NCBI GenBank assembly: GCA_009859145.1
Contig: VRVR01000006.1
Coordinates: 273,879-337,878 of the forward strand
Length of the DNA stretch: 64,000 bases
Direction of reading: 5' to 3'
Origin: Andalucia godoyi And28
Lineage: Eukaryota; Protista; Jakobida
Position 1 is the stretch's first letter; each line of letters begins with the position of its first letter. Shown piece after piece: positions 10,302 through 20,745 of this stretch. The position numbers were made by a program, and so were the translations under genes. The notes beneath the pieces were generated by a model that worked only from the letters and a program-made list of their open reading frames with translations, was not told the DNA's origin and ran no database searches.

Positions 10302-11876
10302 ATGACTGGAGCCAAGTCCAATAATCCGTTTGATGCGGATTTTACTGTCTCGGCCTCGCAGCAGCAGCAGCAGCAGACATCGGAAAGACAGAACTTCGAC
10401 ACGGAGTTTCGTTCTCGGAATCTTTCTGTGGAAGCACATCTTGCAGCTTTGAAGCGCGACTTCAAGGTAGAGCCTCGGTTGGAGTACAAGACCGTGACAG
10501 GAGTCAACGGACCGCTTGTTATTCTTGACAATGTGAAGGGACCTAAGTATGCCGAGATTGTGAATCTGACTCTTGGAGACGGAACAAAGCGCCGCGGCCA
10601 GGTTCTCGAAGTGAATGGACGCCGTGCGGTTGTCCAAGTGTTTGAGGGTACATCTGGTATTGATGCAAAGCACACGCAGTGCGAGTTCACGGGCGATGTA
10701 CTGAAGATCCCCGTGTCGCAGGATATGTTGGGTCGTATTTTCAACGGCTCGGGAAAGCCGATTGATCGCGGCCCACCCATTCTGGCCGAGGACTTCCGTG
10801 ATATCATGGGTCAGCCAATCAACCCGTTTTCGCGTGTCTATCCCGAGGAAATGATCTGCACTGGTATTTCGGCAATCGATCTGATGACGTCCATTGCGCG
10901 TGGACAAAAGATTCCTTTGTTCTCTGGTGCCGGTCTTCCCCACAATGAAATTGCGGCGCAGATTTGCCGACAGGCAGGTCTGGTTGGAGAAGGCGAGAAA
11001 TCCGATTTCGCCATTGTGTTTGCGGCAATGGGAGTCAACATGGAAACAGCCCGCTTCTTCAAGCAGGATTTCGAGGAGAATGGATCGATGGAGCGCACGA
11101 CGTTGTTCCTCAATCTTGCCAATGATCCGACCATCGAACGTATCATTACTCCCCGTTTGGCCCTCACCACCGCCGAGTATCTTGCGTACGAGTGCGGAAA
11201 GCACGTGTTGGTCATTTTGACTGATATGTCGTCTTATGCAGATGCATTGCGAGAGGTCTCTGCTGCCCGAGAAGAGGTTCCTGGTCGGCGAGGTTATCCA
11301 GGATACATGTACACCGATTTGTCCACCATCTATGAGCGTGCAGGACGTGTCGAAGGTCGCCCCGGTTCAATCACGCAGTTCCCCATTCTTACCATGCCCA
11401 ACGACGACATCACCCACCCTATTCCCGATCTCACAGGATACATCACAGAAGGACAGGTGTTTATCGATCGCCAACTCCACAACAGACAGATCTACCCACC
11501 CATCAACGTTTTGCCGTCTCTTTCTCGTCTCATGAAGTCTGCCATTGGTGAGGGCATGACCCGAAAGGACCACAATGAAGTGTCCATGCAGATGTATGCC
11601 AACTACGCCATTGGTAAGGATGTCCTCTCCATGAAGGCCGTCGTTGGTGAGGAGGCGCTCTCATCGGAGGATTTGCTTTATCTCCAGTTCCTCGAACGCT
11701 ACGAGACTCAGTTCCTTTCGCAGTCGTTCTATGAGGCTCGTAATGTCTTCCAGTCTCTTGATCTTGCGTGGTCCCTTCTCAGAATCTTCCCCAAGGAAAT
11801 GCTTACCCGTATTCCCGCTGACCTGAAGGCCGAATTCTACGACAAGAAGGCTGCTGGCGAACAAAAGAAGAAGTAA
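10302..11876 (+). CDS. ATP6V1B/VMA2: V-type proton ATPase subunit B
   Basis: Near-universal motifs: [89 protein letters not shown]. Confidence 0.99.
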   Translation: MTGAKSNNPFDADFTVSASQQQQQQTSERQNFDTEFRSRNLSVEAHLAALKRDFKVEPRLEYKTVTGVNGPLVILDNVKGPKYAEIVNLTLGDGTKRRGQVLEVNGRRAVVQVFEGTSGIDAKHTQCEFTGDVLKIPVSQDMLGRIFNGSGKPIDRGPPILAEDFRDIMGQPINPFSRVYPEEMICTGISAIDLMTSIARGQKIPLFSGAGLPHNEIAAQICRQAGLVGEGEKSDFAIVFAAMGVNMETARFFKQDFEENGSMERTTLFLNLANDPTIERIITPRLALTTAEYLAYECGKHVLVILTDMSSYADALREVSAAREEVPGRRGYPGYMYTDLSTIYERAGRVEGRPGSITQFPILTMPNDDITHPIPDLTGYITEGQVFIDRQLHNRQIYPPINVLPSLSRLMKSAIGEGMTRKDHNEVSMQMYANYAIGKDVLSMKAVVGEEALSSEDLLYLQFLERYETQFLSQSFYEARNVFQSLDLAWSLLRIFPKEMLTRIPADLKAEFYDKKAAGEQKKK

Positions 11877-12449
11877 GTCACATCGGTGAATGACGGGGGG
11901 AGAGTAAGACACACGCAGTCTCTCTCTCTCTCTCTCCCTCCCTTTCCTCCCTCCCTGTCACTTGTTTGTATTTTCTTGTTTCCTGCTGTCATGTCTGTCT
12001 GTTTTTGAAATGCTACAGAGTAAATTTGTCTATCCTTTTTTTAAATAAAAAACAAAAATTTACGGGCGGATTCGCGTTCTCTTGGTTCGGCAGTTTCCCC
12101 AGTTCTTAGCTGACGTAGTCCACCAAGCAGCGTGACAGAAACATTGGCGTCCTTTTTTGGAAGGCGAACTGATCTGAACATTTCTGTTTTTGGCAGTTGA
12201 AGCGTCCATCCGAGCAAAGCGCATGCACGTTAATGTTCCACGAAGACGAATCTCAGTTCTCTTGTTATTAAAATAAAAAATAATGAATGTTACAATTTGC
12301 AAGTCGACAAGGCCCATCGGTTCTTTCCCATCTTTTTCTTCTTCTTCGTTTTCTTCTAGCCATCAACCTTTCGTATCTTTCCTTTTCACCTTGTCGAACC
12401 TTTCACAACAAAAAAGTCGTTGTTTTATGAACAAGCTCCAGAAGACAAT

Positions 12450-12761
12450 ATGGTATTGCTGGTACCGACTCTCCATCTAGTGTGCTGTGTCTGCGTCGAA
12501 ATCCTTATTTTGGAATCCGTCTTCGTCAAATCAGCCGCCGAATTTTGGAACGTGTTTCGTTCGTTCTGCTGACATCATTCATATTTATGTCGCTGCTTTT
12601 TTTTTTGCCAATGCTGCACCGTTCTTGACGAGCAGCACACCTGGCAAGCTGGATCTTCCGCAAGAGCACTTGTCTTTCCGTTTCATGTGCTCTGCATCCT
12701 TATGACATGCATCAACTGCATCCTTGGCGCCACTCGCAAGTCCCCATCCCACAATATATAA
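12450..12761 (+). CDS. Possible small spliced two-TM protein (about 75 aa; intron 12552-12635)
   Basis: Assembled by hand: ATG 12450, GT at 12552, CAG ending 12635, phase 0, stop TAA 12759-12761. Product: MVLLVPTLHLVCCVCVEILILESVFVKSAAEFWN|HTWQAGSSARALVFPFHVLCILMTCINCILGATRKSPSHNI. No family recognised. Confidence 0.25.
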
Positions 12762-13475
12762 AAACGAGGAAATGTTTTACAGTGTAAAGAACCGCAACCC
12801 CCCCAACTCCATAAACCTGCAAAAATAAAATAAAAAAATGCATAAAGTAAATTAATTATAAAATCGCCGCCTGGGGGAAATCGCTCGTAAATTTAAACCG
12901 AGAAAAATCCAGGAGTCGACATGGGTCAACATAGTCCAGTGGAGGAGCGTTGGGATCCCGAGAAAAGCCGGGAAACTTTTTTTAAAAATTTATTTTGCAT
13001 ATCGCCGCGGCTCTTTCGAAACTCGGGAACGCTTGCTTTTGGAAAAGCGTACCTTTTTTTCCCTTCTCCTTTTCTTTCTTCTGTCACTATCCTTATCCGG
13101 TTTTTTATTTAAAAATTGAGACAGTGCAATTCCACCAGAGACAGCAACAGACCGATTCTAGCTGCGCCTCCTTAAGCTCATTTGCGCACGACAGAGGAAG
13201 AAAACAGCTGGCGCTACAACAGTCTGTGTGGTTCAGTCAACAAGAAACCCACTTGTTTTCTAGGCTTTTGGACCAATTAGCGTCTTTCGTCGCTCAGTCT
13301 GAATATTGTCAGAGGTTTACGTTTCACTGTCATTTCACAGCGCTGTTTTTTTTCTGCATTCTTGTTTTGTGTACCCCCGCGGTCTTTCCTAAATTACTAT
13401 TATTTATCATCCCACTCACTGCAACCACTTCTTTGTCTGCTTTCTTAATAATAAGCGCGGTGTGCAAAAGAGAGA

Positions 13476-16400
13476 ATGGAGCGTTTGTTAGAAGCGATCT
13501 CAAGAGACGATGCACGTGCAGTGCAATCGATATTATCAGCGTCGTCGTCTGTAGCACTTCCAGATCATCGTTCGCCATTTCTGCATGCTTGTGCATCCGG
13601 AGCGATTGCATGCGCAACTCTTTTTATTGAGCGATTGGGCCTTCGATCGACACATCGTGACAAGTCGGGGCGATCAGGTATCCATTTGGCGGCCATCAAT
13701 GGGCATCCAGCGATGGTTTCGTACTTGATCCGTTGCCGAGCCTTCCATCCAGACGTGTTTTCAACTTCGGGATATACGGCATTGATGGAGGCTGTTCGTG
13801 CAAACCAAATCTCTGTTGTGGAAACGCTGCTTTCATATGCCGGAGATGGTGGATTGAACGTGAATGTGCGCAGAGGAAAGCAGCAAGAAGGTGCAACTGC
13901 ATTGCATTTTGCCGTTCGAAGCGATCACAGAACAAGAATCATGGAGCTTTTGCTGACGGCAGGGGCAAATGTCCACATCGCAGCGGGGTCGAACGCATGG
14001 ACGCCGGCGCACGAGCTCATGGGAGCAAAACACCAGGACGAGGATATGCTGCGGCTGCTTATGTTGCACGATGTTTCTGTATTGGAGGACAAGGACGTGA
14101 GAGGAAGAACACCGGTCCATGTTGCTGCTGCCGCTGGGAACTCCGCATTTCTGTCGATTGCAGTGGCTGTGCTGAGGAAGCAGCCACCAAAGTCCGCCGG
14201 AGTCGTGATCGGACTCACCAGGGCGCCGGTCGATGATACGGACGGACAAGGAAGAAGTGCGTTGCATCTGGCTGCGGAGGCCGGATCTGCGTCATGCATT
14301 CGTCTTCTGATCGCCGCGGGAGCCAATGTGCATGCTCAAGATCATTCCGGCATGCGCCCCGTGCATTGTGCTGCATCGTGCAGGGAGCAGGACGCAGGGG
14401 ATTGCGTCAAGATTCTTATGGCTTATGAACGCCAGGCACAGGACAGGTCGGGCTCGCAAGCAGGGAGCGTCTCCAACCGGGGTCTTTCATCGGCGGCGTC
14501 ATTCATTTCTGCGAATGACGGAGACATCGGGCCACTTGGATCGGCAGCGCTTACTCCGTTGCATGTTGCTGTCATAAGCGGTTCTGAGCATGCGGTTGCA
14601 TCCCTGGTGGAAACGTGCCGTGCGGATACAATCTGCCGAGTCTACGGTGACGATTATTGTGCCACTCCACTCCACTTGGCTTGCCTTAGTCCCTCTGTCT
14701 CCATCCTGCAGTTGTTGCTGCGGAATTCCTCTGCGAGCCCGATAAATCATTCGCAGAGGGAGCACCAACAGCAACAGCAATTTTCTGTTGAACTCCTTGT
14801 TCCCGATTCGCTCGGCCGATCACCTCTGTTTGCAGCAGTTATTGCGGATCGCGTGGACGTCGCTCGTGTTCTTTTGGAATATGTCGATTTCCAATGGACA
14901 CCAAAGCTCTTGCTGGACTATCGCAAGGAACGCTTTGGGGCAAATGAAAAAGCCGATCTTAGCAGCTCGACGAACTCCTTTGCAGTTTCTGGAACGGGGG
15001 ACCGTGTGAGACTGAATGCAACGACCGGCGCTTTTCGGATCAGTCGATTCTTCAGTTTTAAAGATGGTCAGGGACGAAATGTCTTTATGGCTGCGCAGTC
15101 GCTTGCCATGCTTGACCTCCTAGTGTCTTTTTTGGGTCGCGTGTCAGTCGCGGAAGTCGCTGCTATCGCGGAAAGCGTGGACTTTGATGGTCTCGGCGTA
15201 TTGCATTATTTCGCAAGTCGCGGATGGGGAGATGGCATTCGTTATTGGATTGAGTGGTGCTCCGGCAAACGTGTTTCGGCTCTTGTTGGCTCCGTTTCTA
15301 TACTACATCTTGCTTGCGAGTTGGCGGAGCCATTTGCACTGCGGTCTTTAGCACCCGTCTTATCGATGCAATACTTGTCGGATCACGGATTTCCGCGAAA
15401 GTGTTCCGAGTCATGTGCTTCTGCGCTAATCTCCTTGTTTCCGTTCCTGACCACCCGAAGGGACACTGTTACGCAAGCTATTTTGGGCAAGTCCTCTTGC
15501 GGAACGATACGCATTCTTCTCGAATCAAACTGCCCTGTCGACCAGGAGTCGTTGATCGAAGCCATCAAGTCCGGAGATGAGACGTTGGTTAAGCTTGTGA
15601 TTTCCGAATTGAACCGCCAGTCTTCTTTGAATGCCAAGGTGGCTAGCAATGCAGCCCGGCCTTCATCTCTGCTGTCCAGTTGTGTTTTCTATGCTTTTCA
15701 GTTTTCCCAGTTTCAAATGATTCCTATTATTCTTGGAAACTCAAAACCAGAAGTTGACCGTTTCGGACGGGATGTTTTGCACTATGCCTTGTTCTTTGGG
15801 GCCCCAGCGGAGCTTGTGCATGATCTCATTCGTCACCATGACATCACACTCCGACTCTCGCATGTTGCAGCGCTGGTCCTTGGTGGCTGCGGAACTGCTG
15901 AAGTCCTGCGATTCCTTGTTCGATCTGTCGCGAACAATCGCGAGTATTGGTTGACGGCAAGAATGCTTGGTTCTTTGATGGGGCAAGCATGGGTGCTCAA
16001 GACTGCACAAGAGGATGGTATTTCCTTGGAATCGGACCAGGAATCTGTCAGCATTCCGGCAACAGTATTGGATGGCGATTTCATTCCACACGATTTTGAT
16101 TCGAAGTCGTCGATTTCAGGAGATTCTGGGAATCTCGTGACGTCTCTAGTCCATTTGGACAGTCTCTGCGGTATATCGTCGGAAATTGACGTGATAGACA
16201 GCCATGGAAATACGCCTGGTCATTATGCTGCAGTGATGGGCCATGTGAACGCCATCAAGGATCCCCATACGTTGAATCAAAATGGCATTTCGCCTTCCAT
16301 GATCCTTCTTGCGCAGAACATGATTCCGGCATTTTTAGAGCGATCCTGCCCAGCTGAGTTGGCGTTCTACTCGATGACCATCGGTTCCCCATTCATTCCG

Positions 16401-18092
16401 CGGCAGTTTACGCATCTTACAGATTTTCGAGGACGGTCGCTCTTGCACTATGCAGTGGCATTCAATCGTATGGATATGGTGCGGTTCATTGTGGATCGGG
16501 CACCGGAGCTGCTGAATGTTCCAGACGGAGATGATTGGCTGCCTTCTCATTACGCTTGCTCCAAAGAATGCGTTGCGCTGCTTTCTGCTGTTTTGGAAAA
16601 AGCCGGAACTCTCGTGGAAAAGACACCCAAGCGACCGTCTGAAGACATGGATAACCGTCCGGGAATTCTCATCGCGGCGTCCTGTGCCTCTCAAGAACCG
16701 GGACTGTTGCGTCAGTTGATATCTTCAAGACTGATTCATCCTTGGGAGTATGTCTTGTGGATATGTTCGATGCGGGATCCGAATGCAGAAGATGACGATC
16801 TTGTTCAATACGAACTCGAAAAAGATGTTGACATGGACGGGACTTGTCTTGCAATTCCTGTGTACTTTGACTCCCCGAACCTCTTTCAACTGGTGCTGGA
16901 GAGGTCGCGCAAGCTTCCGCTTAGCGCGCTGTTTCGTGTGTCGTACATCCCGGATGAGACATCATCCATTATGGAGATCCTTACTCGTGTCGACGTGTCC
17001 TATCTCGACATGTTTGTTAACGAGTTACTGCTTCGCGCACAGTCCATCAAGAACAGCTTGGGAGCTGCAAAATGCAGGAGGTTCCTGAATCTCTTGTATT
17101 CGAAGATATCCCCGTTCTTAGCGCCCGCCTGCAGTCGCCGGCAGGAGCTCGAATCTGTTATGGAAAAGCTTGTTGAGCTGTTGAAAGTCAGTGCTGACGT
17201 GTCTCTCCGTCAGTCGTCATCGGATTTCGTTGCAGTCATGAAGCGTGCGGGCTCGTGGCACCAAAGCTTACGTTCCACTGGATCATCCACGTCAACGGCT
17301 TCTCCCACCTCAAAGTCTCGAAACTCGCTCGACACTTCTCTGGATGCCAAGTTGGATGCGCTTGATGTTTTGCTGCTAAGCGCAGCGCAGCCCATCAGCG
17401 ACGCTGTTGTTATTGAAGAAGGTTTGGACAGCATCGATGATGAAGTTCATGCGGACGCATGTTTATCCGTATGGGGTAAATCAATTCTTGATGTTCCAGC
17501 TCGTCGACGAGTTGCAGTCTTGGCCGCGTCACGTGCAAGACTTTCCGAGTGCGCAGCATTGATTTTCGAGGACGACGGGACGATGATCCACGGAGCTCCG
17601 CTGTCCGACATCTTTTCACGAATTGCCTGCACTGATTATGAAGCGGGCGAACACGTCACGAAGTTCGTTGGGCAATGTTTGCCATTTGTCAGTTGGAGCG
17701 CCTTCATCCAGCCATGTCTGATTTCTGCGTACCTCGGGTATGCGCAGACCTTGCGAGGCTTTCTGACTGCTCTTGGCCCCAATTCTGCTATTTTGGTTGC
17801 GGAAGGAAAGGATGAGGACGGTCGATCACTGGCTCACTGGGCTGCATCGGTTCAGGTGATTGATACGATTTGCGACTTTGTGGATCCTTCATTCGTTCCT
17901 GACGTGCTGTCATCGGTGGACACCAACGGAATGGGCGTTATACATTTTTCTGCACTGCTTGGGCGAGTTGATGTTGCAAAGAACCTTTTATCACGTCACG
18001 TTGATGACGTGGATGGGCGCGGCATCGCAATTGGGGATTATGTTTCAAGCCAGAAAGCTCTCCGGGATATGTGGGGGAGCGCATCTCCTTGA
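13476..18092 (+). CDS. Large ankyrin-repeat protein (1538 aa)
   Basis: Many ankyrin repeats: GRSGIHLAAINGH, GATALHFAV, GRTPVHVAAAAGN, GRSALHLAAEAGS, GNTPGHYAA, GRSLLHYAV, GMGVIHFSALLG. Intact intronless ORF. Confidence 0.9.
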   Translation: MERLLEAISRDDARAVQSILSASSSVALPDHRSPFLHACASGAIACATLFIERLGLRSTHRDKSGRSGIHLAAINGHPAMVSYLIRCRAFHPDVFSTSGYTALMEAVRANQISVVETLLSYAGDGGLNVNVRRGKQQEGATALHFAVRSDHRTRIMELLLTAGANVHIAAGSNAWTPAHELMGAKHQDEDMLRLLMLHDVSVLEDKDVRGRTPVHVAAAAGNSAFLSIAVAVLRKQPPKSAGVVIGLTRAPVDDTDGQGRSALHLAAEAGSASCIRLLIAAGANVHAQDHSGMRPVHCAASCREQDAGDCVKILMAYERQAQDRSGSQAGSVSNRGLSSAASFISANDGDIGPLGSAALTPLHVAVISGSEHAVASLVETCRADTICRVYGDDYCATPLHLACLSPSVSILQLLLRNSSASPINHSQREHQQQQQFSVELLVPDSLGRSPLFAAVIADRVDVARVLLEYVDFQWTPKLLLDYRKERFGANEKADLSSSTNSFAVSGTGDRVRLNATTGAFRISRFFSFKDGQGRNVFMAAQSLAMLDLLVSFLGRVSVAEVAAIAESVDFDGLGVLHYFASRGWGDGIRYWIEWCSGKRVSALVGSVSILHLACELAEPFALRSLAPVLSMQYLSDHGFPRKCSESCASALISLFPFLTTRRDTVTQAILGKSSCGTIRILLESNCPVDQESLIEAIKSGDETLVKLVISELNRQSSLNAKVASNAARPSSLLSSCVFYAFQFSQFQMIPIILGNSKPEVDRFGRDVLHYALFFGAPAELVHDLIRHHDITLRLSHVAALVLGGCGTAEVLRFLVRSVANNREYWLTARMLGSLMGQAWVLKTAQEDGISLESDQESVSIPATVLDGDFIPHDFDSKSSISGDSGNLVTSLVHLDSLCGISSEIDVIDSHGNTPGHYAAVMGHVNAIKDPHTLNQNGISPSMILLAQNMIPAFLERSCPAELAFYSMTIGSPFIPRQFTHLTDFRGRSLLHYAVAFNRMDMVRFIVDRAPELLNVPDGDDWLPSHYACSKECVALLSAVLEKAGTLVEKTPKRPSEDMDNRPGILIAASCASQEPGLLRQLISSRLIHPWEYVLWICSMRDPNAEDDDLVQYELEKDVDMDGTCLAIPVYFDSPNLFQLVLERSRKLPLSALFRVSYIPDETSSIMEILTRVDVSYLDMFVNELLLRAQSIKNSLGAAKCRRFLNLLYSKISPFLAPACSRRQELESVMEKLVELLKVSADVSLRQSSSDFVAVMKRAGSWHQSLRSTGSSTSTASPTSKSRNSLDTSLDAKLDALDVLLLSAAQPISDAVVIEEGLDSIDDEVHADACLSVWGKSILDVPARRRVAVLAASRARLSECAALIFEDDGTMIHGAPLSDIFSRIACTDYEAGEHVTKFVGQCLPFVSWSAFIQPCLISAYLGYAQTLRGFLTALGPNSAILVAEGKDEDGRSLAHWAASVQVIDTICDFVDPSFVPDVLSSVDTNGMGVIHFSALLGRVDVAKNLLSRHVDDVDGRGIAIGDYVSSQKALRDMWGSASP

Positions 18093-18288
18093 TCAGCTGT
18101 GAAGATGTTTCTCTCCGTTTTCCTTCCCTCCCTACCCCGCCATGAATGCCTCCTTTTTGAAGGCTTTTTCTTCATGTTGACTGTGTATGTTCATTCGCGC
18201 CTTTCTTCTCGTACAGATTACTGCAAATTCTGATGCTCGCCACCTTAAATTATTTGTGTAAACGAACGGTATGACCGGTTTTGTGTAT

Positions 18289-19530
18289 TCAATCGTCATC
18301 GTCCAGAGACATTGCACAACTGCGGCAAAGGAGTGCGCTGCTAGAAGAACCTCCCACAAGACGCAGAGCATCCGTTGCAGGATCCGTATCAACTGCAAGA
18401 TTTTCCATCCAGTACAAGGCTCCGAGTACGAGATCCGCGCCGTTCCACAGGAGTATCCAAGAAGTGCCCGAGTCATCGGACAGACGATAGCTTTGTGGTT
18501 CAGGGTGTCTGTCCTCTCCCAAAGCCGAGCTGACGGATAAGGACTCCGACCCATGGCATGTCGCTGTTGCAGTGGATGGGACGGACTGAGAATTGAAGTC
18601 ATAGTCGATTTTCCAGTCGTCCTCATCCAGATCCATTAATTCGGATGCTATCTGCTCCACAAGAGGACTGCAAACTGTTGTTGTTGTTGTTGCTGTTGTT
18701 GCTGCCGTCATCGACATTTGCGAAGCACTGCTGATTGCAACGGCGTCGATTCGGACGAGAATGCTGAGATTCACCATCTTGTCAAGAATGTCGCACAACC
18801 GAAGTCGCGGAACACACAACTTGCAATCCATTTCGCCGTTTGTATGTTTTGGAATGGGTGCGTGCTCCATCACAGGAAACACACCGTATGCAGTTCTCAT
18901 CTGCAACGGAACGTTGACAATCGCGGGTTTCCCAGCAGGACTCAGAAATACCGTGCTGTGATCGGACAACATCAAGTCAAAAGGAGCGGTTTCATCTTGT
19001 GACGGCACAAGCGTACAGTTCTGGATCACCAAAACATCATCTGCTGCAACCAGCCTGAACAGCTGACCGTGTTTGCATAATGCAGGAACACCAGAAGCCT
19101 CCCGCACAAGCATCCCAGTGTGCGAAACGTGGACCACGCGGAAGACTCCCGCATTCGACGGGGGTTTTGAGACCTCGGGGCTTGGAGGCGAATTCTCTGA
19201 CAGCAGCACACAGAGGTCTGTGGTCGGAAGCAAATACATGGTTTTCCCATGCGAGACTGAATGAGCATTTGTCACCCGGATCGTCTTTCCAGGAGCCAGA
19301 CGAAAGCCATCATGATCGCACGCGACCTCGCTAACAATCGAGTAAAGCGAACGGTGCAGATATGCAAACATCGAGCAGCTTGAACTCGCATCGCAAATTT
19401 CCAGAATAAACGTTTCCGAATGGTTGTCCAACTTTCGAATATTCCTGACATCCACTTCCAAAACATCACATTTGCGAACTTCTCTTCTTTCACACACAGA
19501 TTCCACCGAAGTCACATCTACTCGCAGCAA
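18289..19530 (-). CDS. Hypothetical protein, probably multi-OB-fold ssDNA-binding type; 5' end unresolved
   Basis: 413-codon ORF with OB-like beta patterns (FILEICDASSSCSMFAY...GKTIRVTNA; SYRLSDDSGTSWILLW). It starts at a TTG directly after a stop codon, so the real start probably lies in an upstream exon. Confidence 0.45.
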   Translation of the reverse strand: MLRVDVTSVESVCERREVRKCDVLEVDVRNIRKLDNHSETFILEICDASSSCSMFAYLHRSLYSIVSEVACDHDGFRLAPGKTIRVTNAHSVSHGKTMYLLPTTDLCVLLSENSPPSPEVSKPPSNAGVFRVVHVSHTGMLVREASGVPALCKHGQLFRLVAADDVLVIQNCTLVPSQDETAPFDLMLSDHSTVFLSPAGKPAIVNVPLQMRTAYGVFPVMEHAPIPKHTNGEMDCKLCVPRLRLCDILDKMVNLSILVRIDAVAISSASQMSMTAATTATTTTTVCSPLVEQIASELMDLDEDDWKIDYDFNSQSVPSTATATCHGSESLSVSSALGEDRHPEPQSYRLSDDSGTSWILLWNGADLVLGALYWMENLAVDTDPATDALRLVGGSSSSALLCRSCAMSLDDDD

Positions 19531-19691
19531 TCACAACGGCAACAGCACACGCAATGCAGAATATCCACATCAGAATCCACTGAATGAACAGTCTAACCAG
19601 AAACGTCAGACAAACAGACAAACAAACAAACAAACAAACATACGTGAAGAAAGCCCTCTTCGAAAGTCTGCTTTCAAAGATTGCCACTAAA

Positions 19692-20025
19692 TCACAATTT
19701 AAAAAATTTAAAATAATGACAAGCCATATCACAAGCGTATATAAGCGAACATCCAGCCAGAGAAAAACACGACGTTAGAAACTCATCCTATCAACAAAAG
19801 CAAGAAAACAAACAACCAAACGCAAATCAGCAGAAATAAAGTGTAACGAGAGAAAGAGAAAGAGAAAGAGAAAGAGAGAGAGAGAATGTACCGATTGGAT
19901 CAGTTCCGCAAGAGCAATCGTCGATGAAATTCCATTTGGGTACTTTTTCATGAGTTCGATGGTTCGTTTGCAAACAAATGAGAACGGAATCGGTTGAAAC
20001 GGCTGCTCATTCCCTCTTGACGGCG

Positions 20026-20057
<32 letters not shown>

Positions 20058-20481
20058 CGTCTTTGAAAATGCACAGTAAGCTGATTCTGCAAATAATGCA
20101 CAGCACGCAACACACACTCCATACTCCAAACCAATGTATGTACGTATATCTGTATTGTAAGCACTCTTGTCCCAACCCTTTCCCAGTCCCCTGCTCGCTT
20201 GTGGTCCATGTATCCCGGTACGTACGTAAAGGGAAGCCAAGTGCTTCAATTCGTGTCCAAATCGCAAACAGATTGAAAAATGGGGGAAATCCGGCGCTGC
20301 CACCTATCGTAGAAGCGAGTATTCTTGCTGGTCTTTGAGCCGACCGAAGTCGATTTCGCATGGCTGCGCATTTCTGTTCTATCTCTGTTCCTACTCGTTA
20401 CCAAGATGCGATTTCGAATATATGCATCGTCCACAACAAGATCTCTTTGTATCTCAAAAATCGTCGCTTTTGGCTGCCTTC
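19692..20481 (-). CDS. Multi-exon hypothetical protein with poly-Q (introns 20304-20401, 20087-20225, 19788-19891; first exon unresolved)
   Basis: Three GT-AG introns, all phase 0, join open exons of 80, 78, 195 and 96 nt. Product: ...RQPKATIFEIQRDLVVDDAYIRNRIL|VAAPDFPHFSICLRFGHELKHLASLY|NQLTVHFQRRWQ9PPSRG...ALAELIQS|DEFLTSCFSLAG... Confidence 0.5.
20341..20366 (-). repeat. Dispersed hairpin repeat copy (CAGCCATGCGAA-ATCGACTTCGGTCG)
   Basis: The reverse complement matches pieces of the 21921-22000 element. It lies inside predicted intron 20304-20401. Confidence 0.6.
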
Positions 20482-20745
20482 CTGCAGAGTTGTGTTTTTT
20501 GATTAATTAGGTCATAAAAGCATCATGCATTTCTGTTTTTCTCTGTGCTGTTCATGTATTCAGTGCATCGGCATGCGCCTGCATCGACAAGGAGCTGCTC
20601 AACGGAGTTCTGCACTCTTGTGTTCTTCTGTGATATCGCCGTTTCACGCCTTGTTCTTGAAGATCCGTGATTGCGCCACTGCCAGCGGACGACAGACAGC
20701 CCCATCACGACGCCTGTCGCGCGCTCACCGGTCCAAAGTGCAACA

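Noticed and set aside
8837-11204. Long ORFs 8837-9451 (+) and 10269-11204 (-)
   Set aside because: They are antisense shadows of guanylate kinase and V-ATPase B.
12060-12317. Cys/basic ORF resembling a small ribosomal zinc-finger protein
   Set aside because: The Cys spacing fits no L37e, L40e, S29 or bL36 motif.
12922-12975. tRNA-like 5' half (ATAGTCCAGTGGAGGAGCG)
   Set aside because: There is no T-loop/B-box (GTTCRA) and no acceptor-stem pairing, so it is not a tRNA.
19948-20361. ARID-like stretch FNLFAIWTRIEALG
   Set aside because: It is in a different frame from the one supported by consistent phase-0 splicing, and the rest of an ARID domain is missing.
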